NCBI GenBank assembly: GCA_045661185.1
Contig: JAZRFD010000039.1
Coordinates: 12,713-76,712, forward strand
Source of the DNA: Eubacteriales bacterium
GTDB lineage: Bacteria > Bacillota > Clostridia > Oscillospirales > CAG-272
Reading direction: 5' to 3'
Length of the DNA: 64,000 nucleotides
Shown: positions 27,078 through 37,246 of the stretch, one piece after another
Numbering within the stretch: position 1 is the first letter of the stretch
Layout of the letters: each line of letters opens with the position of its first letter
The notes under the pieces: generated by a model
The model's database searches: none
Told to the model about the DNA's origin: nothing
The model's input: only the letters and a program-made list of their open reading frames with translations
Program-made: the position numbers and the translations under genes

Positions 27078-28589
27078 ATGAAGCTGAAATTACTTTGCGA
27101 TGGCGCGGGGATCGTGTGTCCCAAGCAGTTTTTGGAAACGGAGATCACGGGGATCGCTTCGGATTCCCGACGCGTCACAAAAGGCAGTATATTCGTGTGC
27201 TTGCGAGGAACACAAGCGGACGGACACGATTATATCCAAGCGGCGATCGAGCGTGGCGCGGTCTGTATCCTAACCGACCGCTATGCCGAGGACGTGCCGC
27301 ACAAGGGCGCGATCCTCTTGCGAGCTGCCGACACGCGTCGCGCGCTCTCATACCTTTGGAACACGTGGTACGGCTTTCCCGCAAAGCGTCTTAAGCTCAT
27401 CGGTGTGACGGGCACGAACGGAAAAACAAGCGTCACACATATGCTCCGAGCGATCCTTGAGGCCTCGTTGTATAAATGCGGGCTGATCGGAACGCTGGGC
27501 TGCGAGGTCGCGGGAAAGGGGATTGATTCCGCGTCCGACAATGCGCTCGCGAGTATGACCACTCCCGACCCCGAGGTGCTCTATCGGGTGCTTTCGGAAA
27601 TGGCGGAGTCTGGTGTGGAGTACGTTGTGATGGAGGTCTCCTCGCACGCTCTGGCGCTTGGGAAGATCGCGCCACTGCAATTTGAAGCAGCAATTTTTAC
27701 CAACCTGACCCCCGAGCATCTGGATTTTCACCATACGATGGAGCACTATGCCGATGCAAAGGCAAGGCTTTTCGAACAGGCGCGGATCTCGGTGATCAAC
27801 GGAGACTCTCCGTACGCCGCAATGCTTTCGGAGCATGCAAAGGGAAGATGTATCACCTGCACAGAGCGGGATCGCGATGCCGATTACGCAGCAGAGGACA
27901 TTTCCTTGCGGCAGGACGGAGTCAGCTACCGCTTGCGTTCCTTGCGAACAAGGCTGATGCTCTCCTGTCCCTTGCCGGGAGCCTTCAGCGTAACCAATTC
28001 CATGCAAGCGGCGATCTGCGCGTTGGAGCTTGGCTGCTCACCCGCCGTGATCAAGGCGGTACTGGGCTCACTTCCGCCCGTCAAGGGGCGGATGGAACGC
28101 GTGCGACTGGGGATCGACGCTGATTTTAAGGTGTTGATTGATTACGCGCACACCCCCGACGCAATGGAAAAAAGCCTTCGCACCGCACGGGAGCTTGTGG
28201 GGCGCGGCGGAAGGCTTACGGTGCTGTTTGGATGCGGCGGTGACCGCGACCGAACCAAGCGCGCCGTGATGGGGCGGATCGCGTCCGAGCTTGCGGACGA
28301 GGTGATCCTGACCTCGGATAATTCAAGAAGTGAGGAGCCCGAGGAGATCATCGCACAGATCCGCGCGGGCATGACAGAGAAAGAACCGATTGCCACCGTG
28401 CTTGACCGTCGCGAGGCGATCCGATGGGCGGTCGCACGAGCCGAAAAGGGGGATTTGCTCCTTCTTTGCGGCAAGGGGCATGAGGAATATGAGATCGGAA
28501 AAGAGGGAAAACGACCGTTTTGCGAGTGTGAGATCGTGCAGGCGGCGTTTCTCGGACGGAAAAATAACCGAACGGAGCCAACGACATGA
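27078..28589 (+). CDS. murE: UDP-N-acetylmuramoyl-L-alanyl-D-glutamate--2,6-diaminopimelate ligase
   Basis: ITGIASDSRRVTKGSIFVCLRG..DGHDYI, GVTGTNGKTS and the DNPR-like DNSRSE motif. Confidence 0.93.
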   Translation: MKLKLLCDGAGIVCPKQFLETEITGIASDSRRVTKGSIFVCLRGTQADGHDYIQAAIERGAVCILTDRYAEDVPHKGAILLRAADTRRALSYLWNTWYGFPAKRLKLIGVTGTNGKTSVTHMLRAILEASLYKCGLIGTLGCEVAGKGIDSASDNALASMTTPDPEVLYRVLSEMAESGVEYVVMEVSSHALALGKIAPLQFEAAIFTNLTPEHLDFHHTMEHYADAKARLFEQARISVINGDSPYAAMLSEHAKGRCITCTERDRDADYAAEDISLRQDGVSYRLRSLRTRLMLSCPLPGAFSVTNSMQAAICALELGCSPAVIKAVLGSLPPVKGRMERVRLGIDADFKVLIDYAHTPDAMEKSLRTARELVGRGGRLTVLFGCGGDRDRTKRAVMGRIASELADEVILTSDNSRSEEPEEIIAQIRAGMTEKEPIATVLDRREAIRWAVARAEKGDLLLLCGKGHEEYEIGKEGKRPFCECEIVQAAFLGRKNNRTEPTT

Positions 28590-30007
28590 AGATTCAATTT
28601 CACAATCGAAGCTATACTGCACGCGCGTTGGCAGAGATGTCGGCAGGGTCGCTGCACACCGAGGAGCTGGGTGACATTGCCGTACGCGGGCTTTGCACCG
28701 ATTCCCGTGAGGCGGATGCCGAAACCGCCTTTGTTGCGATGCGCGGCGAGCGTGTTAACGGACACGATTATATGGAAAGCGCACTGGCAAACGGTTGCCG
28801 TTGCTTTATTTGCGAACGAAATATCCAGCCCGTGGCGGATGCCAATGCCGCCGCCGTGGTTGTGGGAGACAGCGAAATGGCGCTCTCGCGCTTGGCGGAC
28901 GCCTATCGCAGAACGCTGACCCATAAGACTGTTGCCGTTACGGGAAGCGTGGGCAAAACGACCGCCAAGGAGATGATCGCGGCGGTGCTCTCACGCGCGA
29001 AAAAAACCTACAAATCCGAGGGAAATCATAATAGCGTCGTCGGCATGCCGCTTTCTATGCTCGAAACTCCCGCTGATACTGAGGTTTCGGTGCTGGAGAT
29101 GGGCATGAGTGCGTTTGGCGAGATCGAGCGTATGTCGATCACCGCACAGCCCGACGTTGCCGTCATTACCAATATAGGCTCGTCGCATATGGAAATGCTC
29201 GGCAGCCGCGAGAACATCTGCCGCGCTAAGCTCGAGATCCTTTGCGGGCTTGCCGACGGCGGAACGCTGATCCTCAACGGAGATGAACCGCTGCTTGCAA
29301 ACGTCAGCGGAAAAAGTTACCAAACGCTTTATGTGTCGCTTTCACGGCAGAACGCAGACTTTTTTGCACAAAATATCCGTATCGACCTTGATTCCACACG
29401 CTTTGACGTGGTATGGAAGGGCGGCGTTTGCCGTGATCTCGAGCTTCGCGTGCCGGGGCGTCACAACGTTTACGCGGCGCTATACGCGTTTGCGACGGGT
29501 ATTCTGATGGGACTGGATACGGAGCAGATCCGAGAGGGGCTTTTGGATTTTGAAGCTGCGGGAATGCGGCAAAACCGCTATTCTGTAAAGGATATTACCG
29601 TGATCGAGGATTGCTACAACGCGTCTCCCGAATCCATGATCGCGGCTTTGGACGTTCTTCGGCTGTATTCCCTGCAAGCAGGTGGCAGAAGCATTGCCGT
29701 GCTTGGGGATATGCTGGAATTGGGAGAGGGAAGCAGTGCCGCGCACCGCAAGGTTGGCGCGCACTTGGCCGATTGCGGGATCGACGACCTGATTGCCGTA
29801 GGGCTTGAGGGCGTGCAGATCTCCACGGGCGCGATGCAGCGCGGGATGTCTCCGTCGCGCATGGTGCGTGAGAATGACCGCGACGCGATCGAACGGATTG
29901 GCAATGCTCTGCTTGAGCGACTGCGCCCGGGCGACACGGTGCTGTTCAAGGCGAGCAGATCGGTACGCCTTGAGCGCGTGATCGCATATTTGAAGGAACA
30001 TTATTAA
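28586..30007 (+). CDS. murF: UDP-N-acetylmuramoyl-tripeptide--D-alanyl-D-alanine ligase
   Basis: VTGSVGKTTAKEM and a Mur ligase layout. ATGA overlap with the murE stop. Confidence 0.92.
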   Translation: MKIQFHNRSYTARALAEMSAGSLHTEELGDIAVRGLCTDSREADAETAFVAMRGERVNGHDYMESALANGCRCFICERNIQPVADANAAAVVVGDSEMALSRLADAYRRTLTHKTVAVTGSVGKTTAKEMIAAVLSRAKKTYKSEGNHNSVVGMPLSMLETPADTEVSVLEMGMSAFGEIERMSITAQPDVAVITNIGSSHMEMLGSRENICRAKLEILCGLADGGTLILNGDEPLLANVSGKSYQTLYVSLSRQNADFFAQNIRIDLDSTRFDVVWKGGVCRDLELRVPGRHNVYAALYAFATGILMGLDTEQIREGLLDFEAAGMRQNRYSVKDITVIEDCYNASPESMIAALDVLRLYSLQAGGRSIAVLGDMLELGEGSSAAHRKVGAHLADCGIDDLIAVGLEGVQISTGAMQRGMSPSRMVRENDRDAIERIGNALLERLRPGDTVLFKASRSVRLERVIAYLKEHY

Positions 30008-30031
30008 AGGACAGAGGAGAGGGGACCCGAT

Positions 30032-31027
30032 ATGACCGAATTTACCATTACGTTTGCCGTGGCAACGGTTGCCGTGTTTTTGCTGACCGTTCTGGCGGAG
30101 CATATCATGATCCCGATCCTGCGCTCGCATAAGCTCGGACAAAAGATCCTTGACATCGGCCCCCGTTGGCACAAATCCAAGGAGGGAACGCCGATCATGG
30201 GCGGCATCGGCTTTATTTTGGCCGCGCTCATCGTCATGGCTATCTTCTTTATCGTGCAGGCCGTCAAGGGTACGGCTGCCTATTACGTTCCCTTGGCGTT
30301 GACGCTGGCCTTCGCGGTCGGAAACGGCGCGATCGGCTTTGTGGACGATTACTGCAAGCTGGTCAAAAAGCAGAATGAGGGACTTACACGCAAGCAAAAG
30401 ACCGCGCTACAATTGGCAATCGCAACGGCGTACGTCGCAACCATGGTCGCAATGGGGCACATGGATACCGCGATCACCCTGCCTTTTACCGGTTACGTCT
30501 GGGATATGGGCTGGTTCTATTATCCCGCGGCGATCATCGTGCTGTACGGTGTGATCAACGGTGCAAACTTTACCGATGGAATCGACGGACTTGCATCCAC
30601 GGTTTCCTGCGTGATCGGCGTGTTTCTGGCTATTCTCGCGTTCACCGCGGTAAGCTGGATGCTCTCCATGCTCTCCGCGATCCTCATCGGGGCAACCCTT
30701 GGATTCCTGATCTACAATTTCCACCCCGCCCGCGTATTTATGGGTGACACGGGCTCGCTCTTTTTGGGGGCGCTCGTCATCGGTGCGGCATTTGCCGCGG
30801 GGCAGGAGATCGCGGGGCTTTTCATTTCCTTGCTCTTTATTCTTGAGCTGCTCTCCAGCGGCTTGCAGATCGTTTATTTCAAGCTGACGCACGGCAAGCG
30901 CCTGTTCAAAATGGCGCCCTTCCACCATCATTGCGAGAAATGCGGATGGGGGGAGATCAAGATCGTTGTGATCTTTTCGCTCTTTGAGGCAGCTTGCTGT
31001 ATCGCCGCATGGCTCATGACACATTAA
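30032..31027 (+). CDS. mraY: Phospho-N-acetylmuramoyl-pentapeptide transferase
   Basis: KEGTPIMGGI, NFTDGIDGLA, GDTGSLFLGA and APFHHH motifs. Confidence 0.95.
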   Translation: MTEFTITFAVATVAVFLLTVLAEHIMIPILRSHKLGQKILDIGPRWHKSKEGTPIMGGIGFILAALIVMAIFFIVQAVKGTAAYYVPLALTLAFAVGNGAIGFVDDYCKLVKKQNEGLTRKQKTALQLAIATAYVATMVAMGHMDTAITLPFTGYVWDMGWFYYPAAIIVLYGVINGANFTDGIDGLASTVSCVIGVFLAILAFTAVSWMLSMLSAILIGATLGFLIYNFHPARVFMGDTGSLFLGALVIGAAFAAGQEIAGLFISLLFILELLSSGLQIVYFKLTHGKRLFKMAPFHHHCEKCGWGEIKIVVIFSLFEAACCIAAWLMTH

Positions 31028-31055
31028 AATTTTTTTGAAGAAGGGAGGGAGTCGA

Positions 31056-32258
31056 ATGAATCGGAAAACGCAAACCATGCTTCAGTCCAACGTCAATGGG
31101 GAAGCTGCCGACAGTTCGATCTCCATTCCCAAAAAGGGCGCTGTCGACGTGCCGATGCTGCTCATCACCGCCACGCTGATCCTGTTCGGCTGCGTGATGA
31201 TCTACAGCGCGTCCTACGTCTTTGCAACCCAGCATCACGATGAGTCCACCTATTTTATCACGCGACACTTGCTGTTTCTGCTCTTGGCGGTCGGGTTTAC
31301 AACGGCGGTCGTTATGTTCTGCACCCCCAGCTTTTGGCGTGATTTCAGCTACATCTTTTACGGCATCGCCATCTTTTTGCTGCTTTTGGTCATGACCCCC
31401 CTGGGTTCGGATCTGGGAAGTGGCGCGCGCCGTTGGATCGACCTCAAAATTTTTACGATCCAGCCCTCGGAGCTGGCAAAGCTTGCCTTGGTGCTCTCCC
31501 TCGCACGCTTTATGTCTACGCACGAGAAAAAGGTGCTTTCCGACCATCGCTTTGGAGGGAACTTCCTTTACGGTGTTCTTTATCCGGGCCTTATGATCGC
31601 GGCGGTCGGTGGACTTGTCGCACTTGAAAAGCACATTTCCGGCCTTTTGATCATCGGAATGCTTGGCGTGTCGGTCATGTTTTTGGGTGGCACCAAAATG
31701 CGCTGGCTGGCGCTGATAGGCGGCGTGATCGCCACGGCGGCGTGCATCCTGATCCTTGTGTTCCCATACGCCTTTGCGCGCGTGGATACGTGGATCAACA
31801 TTGAAAATGCCGACCCGCAGGGACCGGCATGGCAGACCCTGCAAGGACTGATGGCAATCGGCTCGGGCGGGCTCTTTGGTACGGGGCTTGGAAACAGCCT
31901 TCAAAAGTACGGTTACGTTTCCCAGCCGCAAAACGACTTTATTTTTACCATCGTTTGCGAGGAGCTTGGCTTTGTGGGCGCACTCCTTGTTCTCGGACTT
32001 TTTACGGCCTTCGTCTGGCGCGGCTTTTACATCGCGCGTCACGCGCCCGACCGTTGCAGCGCGCTGATGGTCTACGGGCTTACGTTCAAGGTGGCGCTTC
32101 AGGTCATTCTGAATATCGCCGTGGTCACAAACTCCATGCCTAACACGGGTATCTCGCTGCCGTTCTTCAGCTACGGCGGCACGTCCCTGATGCTACAGGT
32201 TTTTGAGGTTGGCATCATTCTTTCCATCTCTCGCTACGCATCTCACAAGAAAATATAA
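31056..32258 (+). CDS. ftsW: SEDS-family peptidoglycan glycosyltransferase FtsW/SpoVE
   Basis: IQPSELAKLALVL, QPQNDFIFTIVCEELGFVGA and SLPFFSYGGTSL motifs. GGGAGGG RBS before ATG 31056. Confidence 0.92.
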   Translation: MNRKTQTMLQSNVNGEAADSSISIPKKGAVDVPMLLITATLILFGCVMIYSASYVFATQHHDESTYFITRHLLFLLLAVGFTTAVVMFCTPSFWRDFSYIFYGIAIFLLLLVMTPLGSDLGSGARRWIDLKIFTIQPSELAKLALVLSLARFMSTHEKKVLSDHRFGGNFLYGVLYPGLMIAAVGGLVALEKHISGLLIIGMLGVSVMFLGGTKMRWLALIGGVIATAACILILVFPYAFARVDTWINIENADPQGPAWQTLQGLMAIGSGGLFGTGLGNSLQKYGYVSQPQNDFIFTIVCEELGFVGALLVLGLFTAFVWRGFYIARHAPDRCSALMVYGLTFKVALQVILNIAVVTNSMPNTGISLPFFSYGGTSLMLQVFEVGIILSISRYASHKKI

Positions 32259-32275
32259 CAGAAAGGAATCGCAAC

Positions 32276-32578
32276 ATGAAAAAAATCAAAACCAGACAGT
32301 TTTTTAAAGCGCTTTATACATCCCTCGGCGTTTCCGCCGCATTCCTTCTGTGGCTGCTGATATTTGGTAGAAGTCTTGCCGCCAATCATTTTGAAGGCGT
32401 TAGTGGCATCGTGTTCACGTTTCTTGCCGTGGCGGCGATCAGCTTTCTGGCATTTTGCTTTTTGCCGTACTTCAAGGGGGATCGGCGTTGGTTTGCCATT
32501 CCGTCCCTTCTGACCGTTGTGTTCTTTATGGGTACCGCCATTCTCTGGCAGGTGCCGACCTACGGAATGGTGGGCTGA
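32276..32578 (+). CDS. Small hypothetical membrane protein (100 aa, about 3 TM) inserted between ftsW and murG
   Basis: RBS AAAGGAA. Three hydrophobic segments. The stop TGA lies 1 nt before the murG ATG (TGAtATG). Confidence 0.5.
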   Translation: MKKIKTRQFFKALYTSLGVSAAFLLWLLIFGRSLAANHFEGVSGIVFTFLAVAAISFLAFCFLPYFKGDRRWFAIPSLLTVVFFMGTAILWQVPTYGMVG

Positions 32579-32579
32579 T

Positions 32580-33707
32580 ATGAGAGTTCTTTTAACGGGC
32601 GGTGGCACGGCGGGGCATATCAATCCCGCGTTGGCGATCGCTGAGACCGTCCGCGCAAATGACCCGGCATCGGTGATCGAGTTCGTCGGCATTGAAACGG
32701 GGAAGGAGACCGATCTTGTCCCCCGCGAAGGATATCGCCTGCATTTTGTGCACTCACAAGGCATCAAGCGTTCGCTCTCGCCCTCTAATTTCAAGGCTGT
32801 GTGGCTGGCGCTCACCTCACCGCGCAGCGCAGAGACCGTGACCATTATCCAGGAATTTGCCCCCGATATCGTCATCGGTACGGGCGGATTTACCTGCTGG
32901 CCCATTATGGCGGCGGCGGCACGCATGGGGATTCCCACCGCGTTGCACGAATCCAATTCCTTGCCGGGGCTTGCCGTTCGTATGCTGCAAGGCAAGGTAG
33001 ACCGTATCTGGACCAATTTCCCCTCAACCAAGAAAAAGCTGCTCGCCAAGAAAAAGGTGATGCACGTGGGGAACCCCTTGCGCGCGGGCTTTGGAATGCT
33101 TTCCAAGGCCGAGGCGCGCCGCAAGCTCGGTGTAAACGAGAATCAAACCCTGATCCTCTCCTTTGGCGGAAGCCTTGGTGCCCCGCTTGTCAATGCGGCG
33201 GCCATGGAGCTGATGAAATCACTCGTCAAAGGAAACAACACGCTCTTGCACGTCCACGCAACGGGCGCGCGCGCCTATGAGGCATGCACGGAGCGTGCCG
33301 CGGAGCTGGGGCTTTGCGGCGTTGAAAACTGCGTGCTGACCGACTATATCTACGACATGCCGACCTATATGGCGGCGGCAGACCTGGTCATCTCCCGCGC
33401 GGGAGCTATGAGCGTGTCGGAGCTGGCACGTATGCAAAAGGCAAGCATTCTGATCCCATCACCGAACGTGACCGATAATCATCAATACAAAAACGCCAAG
33501 GAGCTGGCGGACGCGGGCGCGGCATCGCTGATCGAGGAAAAAACGCTGCCTGCGGGAGCGCTTCGACGTGAGGTCGAGCGCCTGCTGGCATCCCGCGAAG
33601 CGAGAAAGAGCTACGAGCAAAATATTGCCGTATTTGCCAAGACAGACGCCAACCGCGTGATCTGGGAGGACATTCAAGGCCTTGTAAGAGGGGCAGAAAG
33701 GACGTAA
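32580..33707 (+). CDS. murG: Undecaprenyldiphospho-muramoylpentapeptide beta-N-acetylglucosaminyltransferase
   Basis: MRVLLTGGGTAGHINPALAIA is the MurG N-terminus, with RAGAMSVSEL later in the protein. Confidence 0.93.
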   Translation: MRVLLTGGGTAGHINPALAIAETVRANDPASVIEFVGIETGKETDLVPREGYRLHFVHSQGIKRSLSPSNFKAVWLALTSPRSAETVTIIQEFAPDIVIGTGGFTCWPIMAAAARMGIPTALHESNSLPGLAVRMLQGKVDRIWTNFPSTKKKLLAKKKVMHVGNPLRAGFGMLSKAEARRKLGVNENQTLILSFGGSLGAPLVNAAAMELMKSLVKGNNTLLHVHATGARAYEACTERAAELGLCGVENCVLTDYIYDMPTYMAAADLVISRAGAMSVSELARMQKASILIPSPNVTDNHQYKNAKELADAGAASLIEEKTLPAGALRREVERLLASREARKSYEQNIAVFAKTDANRVIWEDIQGLVRGAERT

Positions 33708-33711
33708 ATTC

Positions 33712-34584
33712 ATGAACCGCGAAAAGACGAAGCAGAGCATGCATACGGGCGACAATATCCTGTCTCCCGATCACCGCCCGAAGGCGGTTCGCAAAAGACC
33801 CAATCGAAAAACGGTTCTGGGCCTCTTTTTGGGAATGCTGATCAGCAGCGCGCTGATCGTAATCCTCGGCCTTTTGCTTCTGATTCTGCCAATGTTCAGA
33901 GTTCAAAAGGTGGAGATCGAGGGCTTGGAGCATTGCACGTACGAGGACGTCCTTGTCGCCTCGGGGATCGAGATCGGTGATGAGATCCTGTCCTTAAACT
34001 CCTATGAAATCATTGAGCGGATCTATAACGATGAGAATTGCCAATGGATCGAACGCTGCTCCATTGTCAAAACTCCGTTTTCGGTAAAGATCATCGTAGA
34101 GGAGAGAAAGGATATTAAAACCGTCGCGCAAGGGGACTACACGATCGTTTTTGACCGTGATTTTCTCGTGCTGCAAATTTTAAAAAACGGGGAAGCGCCG
34201 CCTGCGGCGTTTCTCCGTGTTGATTTACCCGCATACGGAACGGTACGGGTGGGGGAGAAGCTTCGCTTTTCGGACGCAGATGCCGATTTCTCTTATATCA
34301 ACCGTCTGTGCGACGCGCTGAAGGTGCAAGGCTGGTACAGTGACGTGACCTATGCCGATTTTTCGGAACGCACGGCCGTCGCCTTTATCTACCGCGACCG
34401 TATCCGCGTTGAGCTTGGAACAACGCGGGATCTGGAGACAAAGCTACTGTTGGCAGAGGAGATCATGAAGGAGCAAGAGCAAAGCGGCGTGGATCTGGAT
34501 TCGGTTTACGCGATCCTTGACGTCCATAGCATAGAGGAGCATAGCTGGAGACTTCGTGAGAAGCTTGAAGATTTGTATCAATAA
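33712..34584 (+). CDS. ftsQ: Cell division protein FtsQ/DivIB (POTRA domain)
   Basis: It has a TM anchor followed by [35 protein letters not shown] (POTRA-like), and sits after murG. Confidence 0.8.
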   Translation: MNREKTKQSMHTGDNILSPDHRPKAVRKRPNRKTVLGLFLGMLISSALIVILGLLLLILPMFRVQKVEIEGLEHCTYEDVLVASGIEIGDEILSLNSYEIIERIYNDENCQWIERCSIVKTPFSVKIIVEERKDIKTVAQGDYTIVFDRDFLVLQILKNGEAPPAAFLRVDLPAYGTVRVGEKLRFSDADADFSYINRLCDALKVQGWYSDVTYADFSERTAVAFIYRDRIRVELGTTRDLETKLLLAEEIMKEQEQSGVDLDSVYAILDVHSIEEHSWRLREKLEDLYQ

Positions 34585-34616
34585 CGGGATTTTCGATGAG
34601 AGATCCCGTTTTTTTG
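34584..34616 (+). terminator. Terminator after ftsQ
   Basis: ACGGGAT-TTTCGATGAGAG-ATCCCGT followed by TTTTTT. Confidence 0.75.
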
Positions 34617-34793
34617 ACGAAAAAATCGTGTTTTTTGAAAATAAATGCGAAAATATCAAAAAAATTTCAAAAAACATCTTGCAAAAAAATGAAAAACATA
34701 GTATTATATTATATAGAGTATTTTTTCTATGCTCCCAAAGACTGGGAAATGACAGAAAAAAGAATGAATTGTAAAGCTCGGGAGGAAGAAACC

Positions 34794-35975
34794 ATGATTT
34801 TTGAACATGATGATAACCTTGAATGCGGCGTAAATATTAAGGTTATCGGTGTCGGCGGCGGCGGAAATAACGCTGTCAACCGAATGATCGTAACCAATAT
34901 CCGCGGCGTTGAATTCGTGTCCGTCAATACGGACCGCCAGGCGCTCCGTAAGTCCGAAGCACCCAGCCAGCTTGTTATCGGTGAAAAGATCACCCGTGGC
35001 TTTGGCGCAGGTGCAAATCCTCAGATCGGCGCACGTGCTGCAGAGGAATCCATTGACGATATCCGCACCATCCTCGAGGGCACCGATATGGTGTTCATCA
35101 CCGCAGGTATGGGAGGTGGTACCGGTACGGGTGCCGCTCCCGTTGTGGCACGCGCCGCACGCGAGATGGATATTCTCACCGTCGGTATCGTAACCAAGCC
35201 CTTCGCATTTGAGGGAAAGAGAAGACTGGAGCAGGCAGAGGCAGGTATTGCAGAGCTGGCTCAGTACGTCGACTCTCTCATCGTCATCCCCAACGAAAGA
35301 TTGAAGCAGGTGTCCAACCAGAAGATTTCTCTGGCAAACGCCTTCATCATTGCCGATGATGTTCTCCGTCACGGTGTACAGAGCATCTCTGACCTCATCA
35401 ACGTCACAGGTGTCATCAACCTTGACTTTGCCGACATCACCAGCGTCATGGCAAACGCAGGATACGCACATATGGGCGTTGGCTCCGCTACGGGTAAGGA
35501 CAAGGCAGAGCAGGCAGCAAGAGAAGCAATCTCCAGCCCGCTGCTCGAGACCTCTATCAAGGGCGCGAAGGGCATCCTGATGAACATCTACGTTTCTCCC
35601 GACGTGGCTCTGGAGGACGCAGAGCTGGCATCCACCCTCATCGCGCAGGAAGCAAATCCCGACGCAAACATCATCTGGGGTGTTACCTTCGACGAGAACC
35701 TCGACGACGAGATGCGTATCACCATTGTTGCTACCGGCTTTGAGAAGAAGCCCGAGGACGCAACCCGCGTGATCAATAAGGTTGAAACCAACCACAATTC
35801 TCCTTTCCCCAAGAAGGACGCAGCACCGGCTCCTCAGGCAGCTCCCAAGGCAGAAGCACCCGCTGCAAAGCCCGCGGCTCCCGCCAAGAAGCCCATGCCG
35901 AAGCCCACACCCAAGGCACCCGCCAAGGACGATGACGACTTCGACGATCTGTTTGATTTGTTCAAGAAGAAGTAA
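34794..35975 (+). CDS. ftsZ: Cell division protein FtsZ
   Basis: [17 protein letters not shown] and [15 protein letters not shown] signatures. GGGAGG RBS. Its own TTGCAA-17-TATTAT promoter lies at about 34678-34706. Confidence 0.96.
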   Translation: MIFEHDDNLECGVNIKVIGVGGGGNNAVNRMIVTNIRGVEFVSVNTDRQALRKSEAPSQLVIGEKITRGFGAGANPQIGARAAEESIDDIRTILEGTDMVFITAGMGGGTGTGAAPVVARAAREMDILTVGIVTKPFAFEGKRRLEQAEAGIAELAQYVDSLIVIPNERLKQVSNQKISLANAFIIADDVLRHGVQSISDLINVTGVINLDFADITSVMANAGYAHMGVGSATGKDKAEQAAREAISSPLLETSIKGAKGILMNIYVSPDVALEDAELASTLIAQEANPDANIIWGVTFDENLDDEMRITIVATGFEKKPEDATRVINKVETNHNSPFPKKDAAPAPQAAPKAEAPAAKPAAPAKKPMPKPTPKAPAKDDDDFDDLFDLFKKK

Positions 35976-35978
35976 TAT

Positions 35979-36014
35979 AAAAAAGAAGAAACCCAATTGG
36001 GTTTCTTCTTTTTT
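35979..36014. terminator. Bidirectional terminator
   Basis: AAAAAAGAAGAAACCCAATTGGGTTTCTTCTTTTTT is a perfect palindrome with A and T flanks. Confidence 0.85.
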
Positions 36015-37017
36015 ATATTTGCTTCAAATCCAGCGTTTTTAAAAACTTGTCGCCGAGCAGCGTTTCGGGCGCTACACCGCGCAGCTGAAGGGGGGATTCG
36101 GGATCGGTGATCCGCGCCCATACCATGTGCCGCAGAACCGAGAGGAGCGAGGGCTCGATCCAGTAGTCAAAGCGCGTAGTGGGGGAGAGGGATTCGTACT
36201 TGCGCAGGCGCAAATAAAGCGGCAATCCATCCGAGGGATCATGCCAGATGTCCGAGAAAATATAGTCATAGCCCTCGCACGGCATTTGGTGCTCCATGTA
36301 GGCAAATGCATCCGCCTCGATCACACGGAGCTTTTCGCGGTGCGGGAACTGCGGCAGGATATGCTCGCAAAAGAGCTTGATCACCGACGAATCCTTTTCC
36401 ACAACCGTCACACTTGTAACCGTGTCTTTTTGGGCGGCGTGAAAGGCAAAATAGCCAAGTCCCAACCCAAGAGTCAGCACCTTTCCGCGCGCGTGCGCGA
36501 TCGGTTCGCGCATCGTTTCCACCTCGTTGGGCGTTACCGTCATCCACTCGATCCCGTTTTCCAGGACTGACGGAAAGCGAAATTCCTCGTTAAAATATCC
36601 GATCTGCGGAATTTCGCGAAAGTCCTCGGTCACGGTGGGGTGGTTCCACACAAACGGCTCGTAGGGGGCGTAGAAATGCTCGCACAGCTCCCATTTTCCA
36701 AGCCTTTTCGATGGGAAGCGAATCGTTTTTACATAATCGTCCGCAAGATACGGCGCGGGGTCTAATCGGCGCACACCGGGCAAAAAATAACATTTTTCCA
36801 AATGTCTGTGCCAGCGGTCGTCTACCGTATCAAGGCCGCAGGCGGCGCAAAGAAGCGTGCGGAAGGCTTCGTCCGAGGACACCTCGCATTCCCGTGCAAG
36901 ATCTTCCACCATCTTGCTTGAAAGAAAGCGCGGGCGGAGATTGATATATTCACTTAACACACGCACAATGGCGTCGTTGTCGTTCATAATCGTCGCTAAT
37001 TCTTTAATGGATGCCAT
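36013..37017 (-). CDS. Class I SAM-dependent methyltransferase / spermidine-synthase-like protein
   Basis: VLTLGLGLGYFA is a GxGxG-like motif, followed by VVEKD and IFSDIWHDP, a spermine/spermidine synthase-like layout. Function uncertain. Confidence 0.55.
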   Translation of the reverse strand: MASIKELATIMNDNDAIVRVLSEYINLRPRFLSSKMVEDLARECEVSSDEAFRTLLCAACGLDTVDDRWHRHLEKCYFLPGVRRLDPAPYLADDYVKTIRFPSKRLGKWELCEHFYAPYEPFVWNHPTVTEDFREIPQIGYFNEEFRFPSVLENGIEWMTVTPNEVETMREPIAHARGKVLTLGLGLGYFAFHAAQKDTVTSVTVVEKDSSVIKLFCEHILPQFPHREKLRVIEADAFAYMEHQMPCEGYDYIFSDIWHDPSDGLPLYLRLRKYESLSPTTRFDYWIEPSLLSVLRHMVWARITDPESPLQLRGVAPETLLGDKFLKTLDLKQI

Positions 37018-37246
37018 ACCGCCCTCCCATATTTCTTCCTATCTATTATACACTCTTTTTGCGCCGTGCGCAAGTCCTTTTTGAAAATTTGAAGCCTTTT
37101 GGGATATCATTGACACAAACAATATCCACCGTGTGGAGGATATTGTTTGTCAAAGGTAACTTGGTGGAGCGCGTGTGTTGTGGGGCCCAAGTGCTTGTGG
37201 GAGTACCTGTGGAGTAGGGCACTAAATCCCCCACAAAAAACACCAT

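Noticed and set aside
34704-35996. 430-aa minus-strand ORF
   Set aside because: It is a shadow ORF opposite ftsZ, and the FtsZ signature motifs fix the true strand.
37100-37246. Hairpin ACAAACAATATCC..GGATATTGTTTGT and a GTGG-rich tract between the ZIP transporter and the methyltransferase, considered as a Zur box or riboswitch
   Set aside because: It has no resemblance to the Zur/Fur consensus I know and no conserved riboswitch blocks. It is most simply a U-tail-less 3' hairpin of the ZIP gene upstream of the TTGCGC-17-TATAAT methyltransferase promoter.
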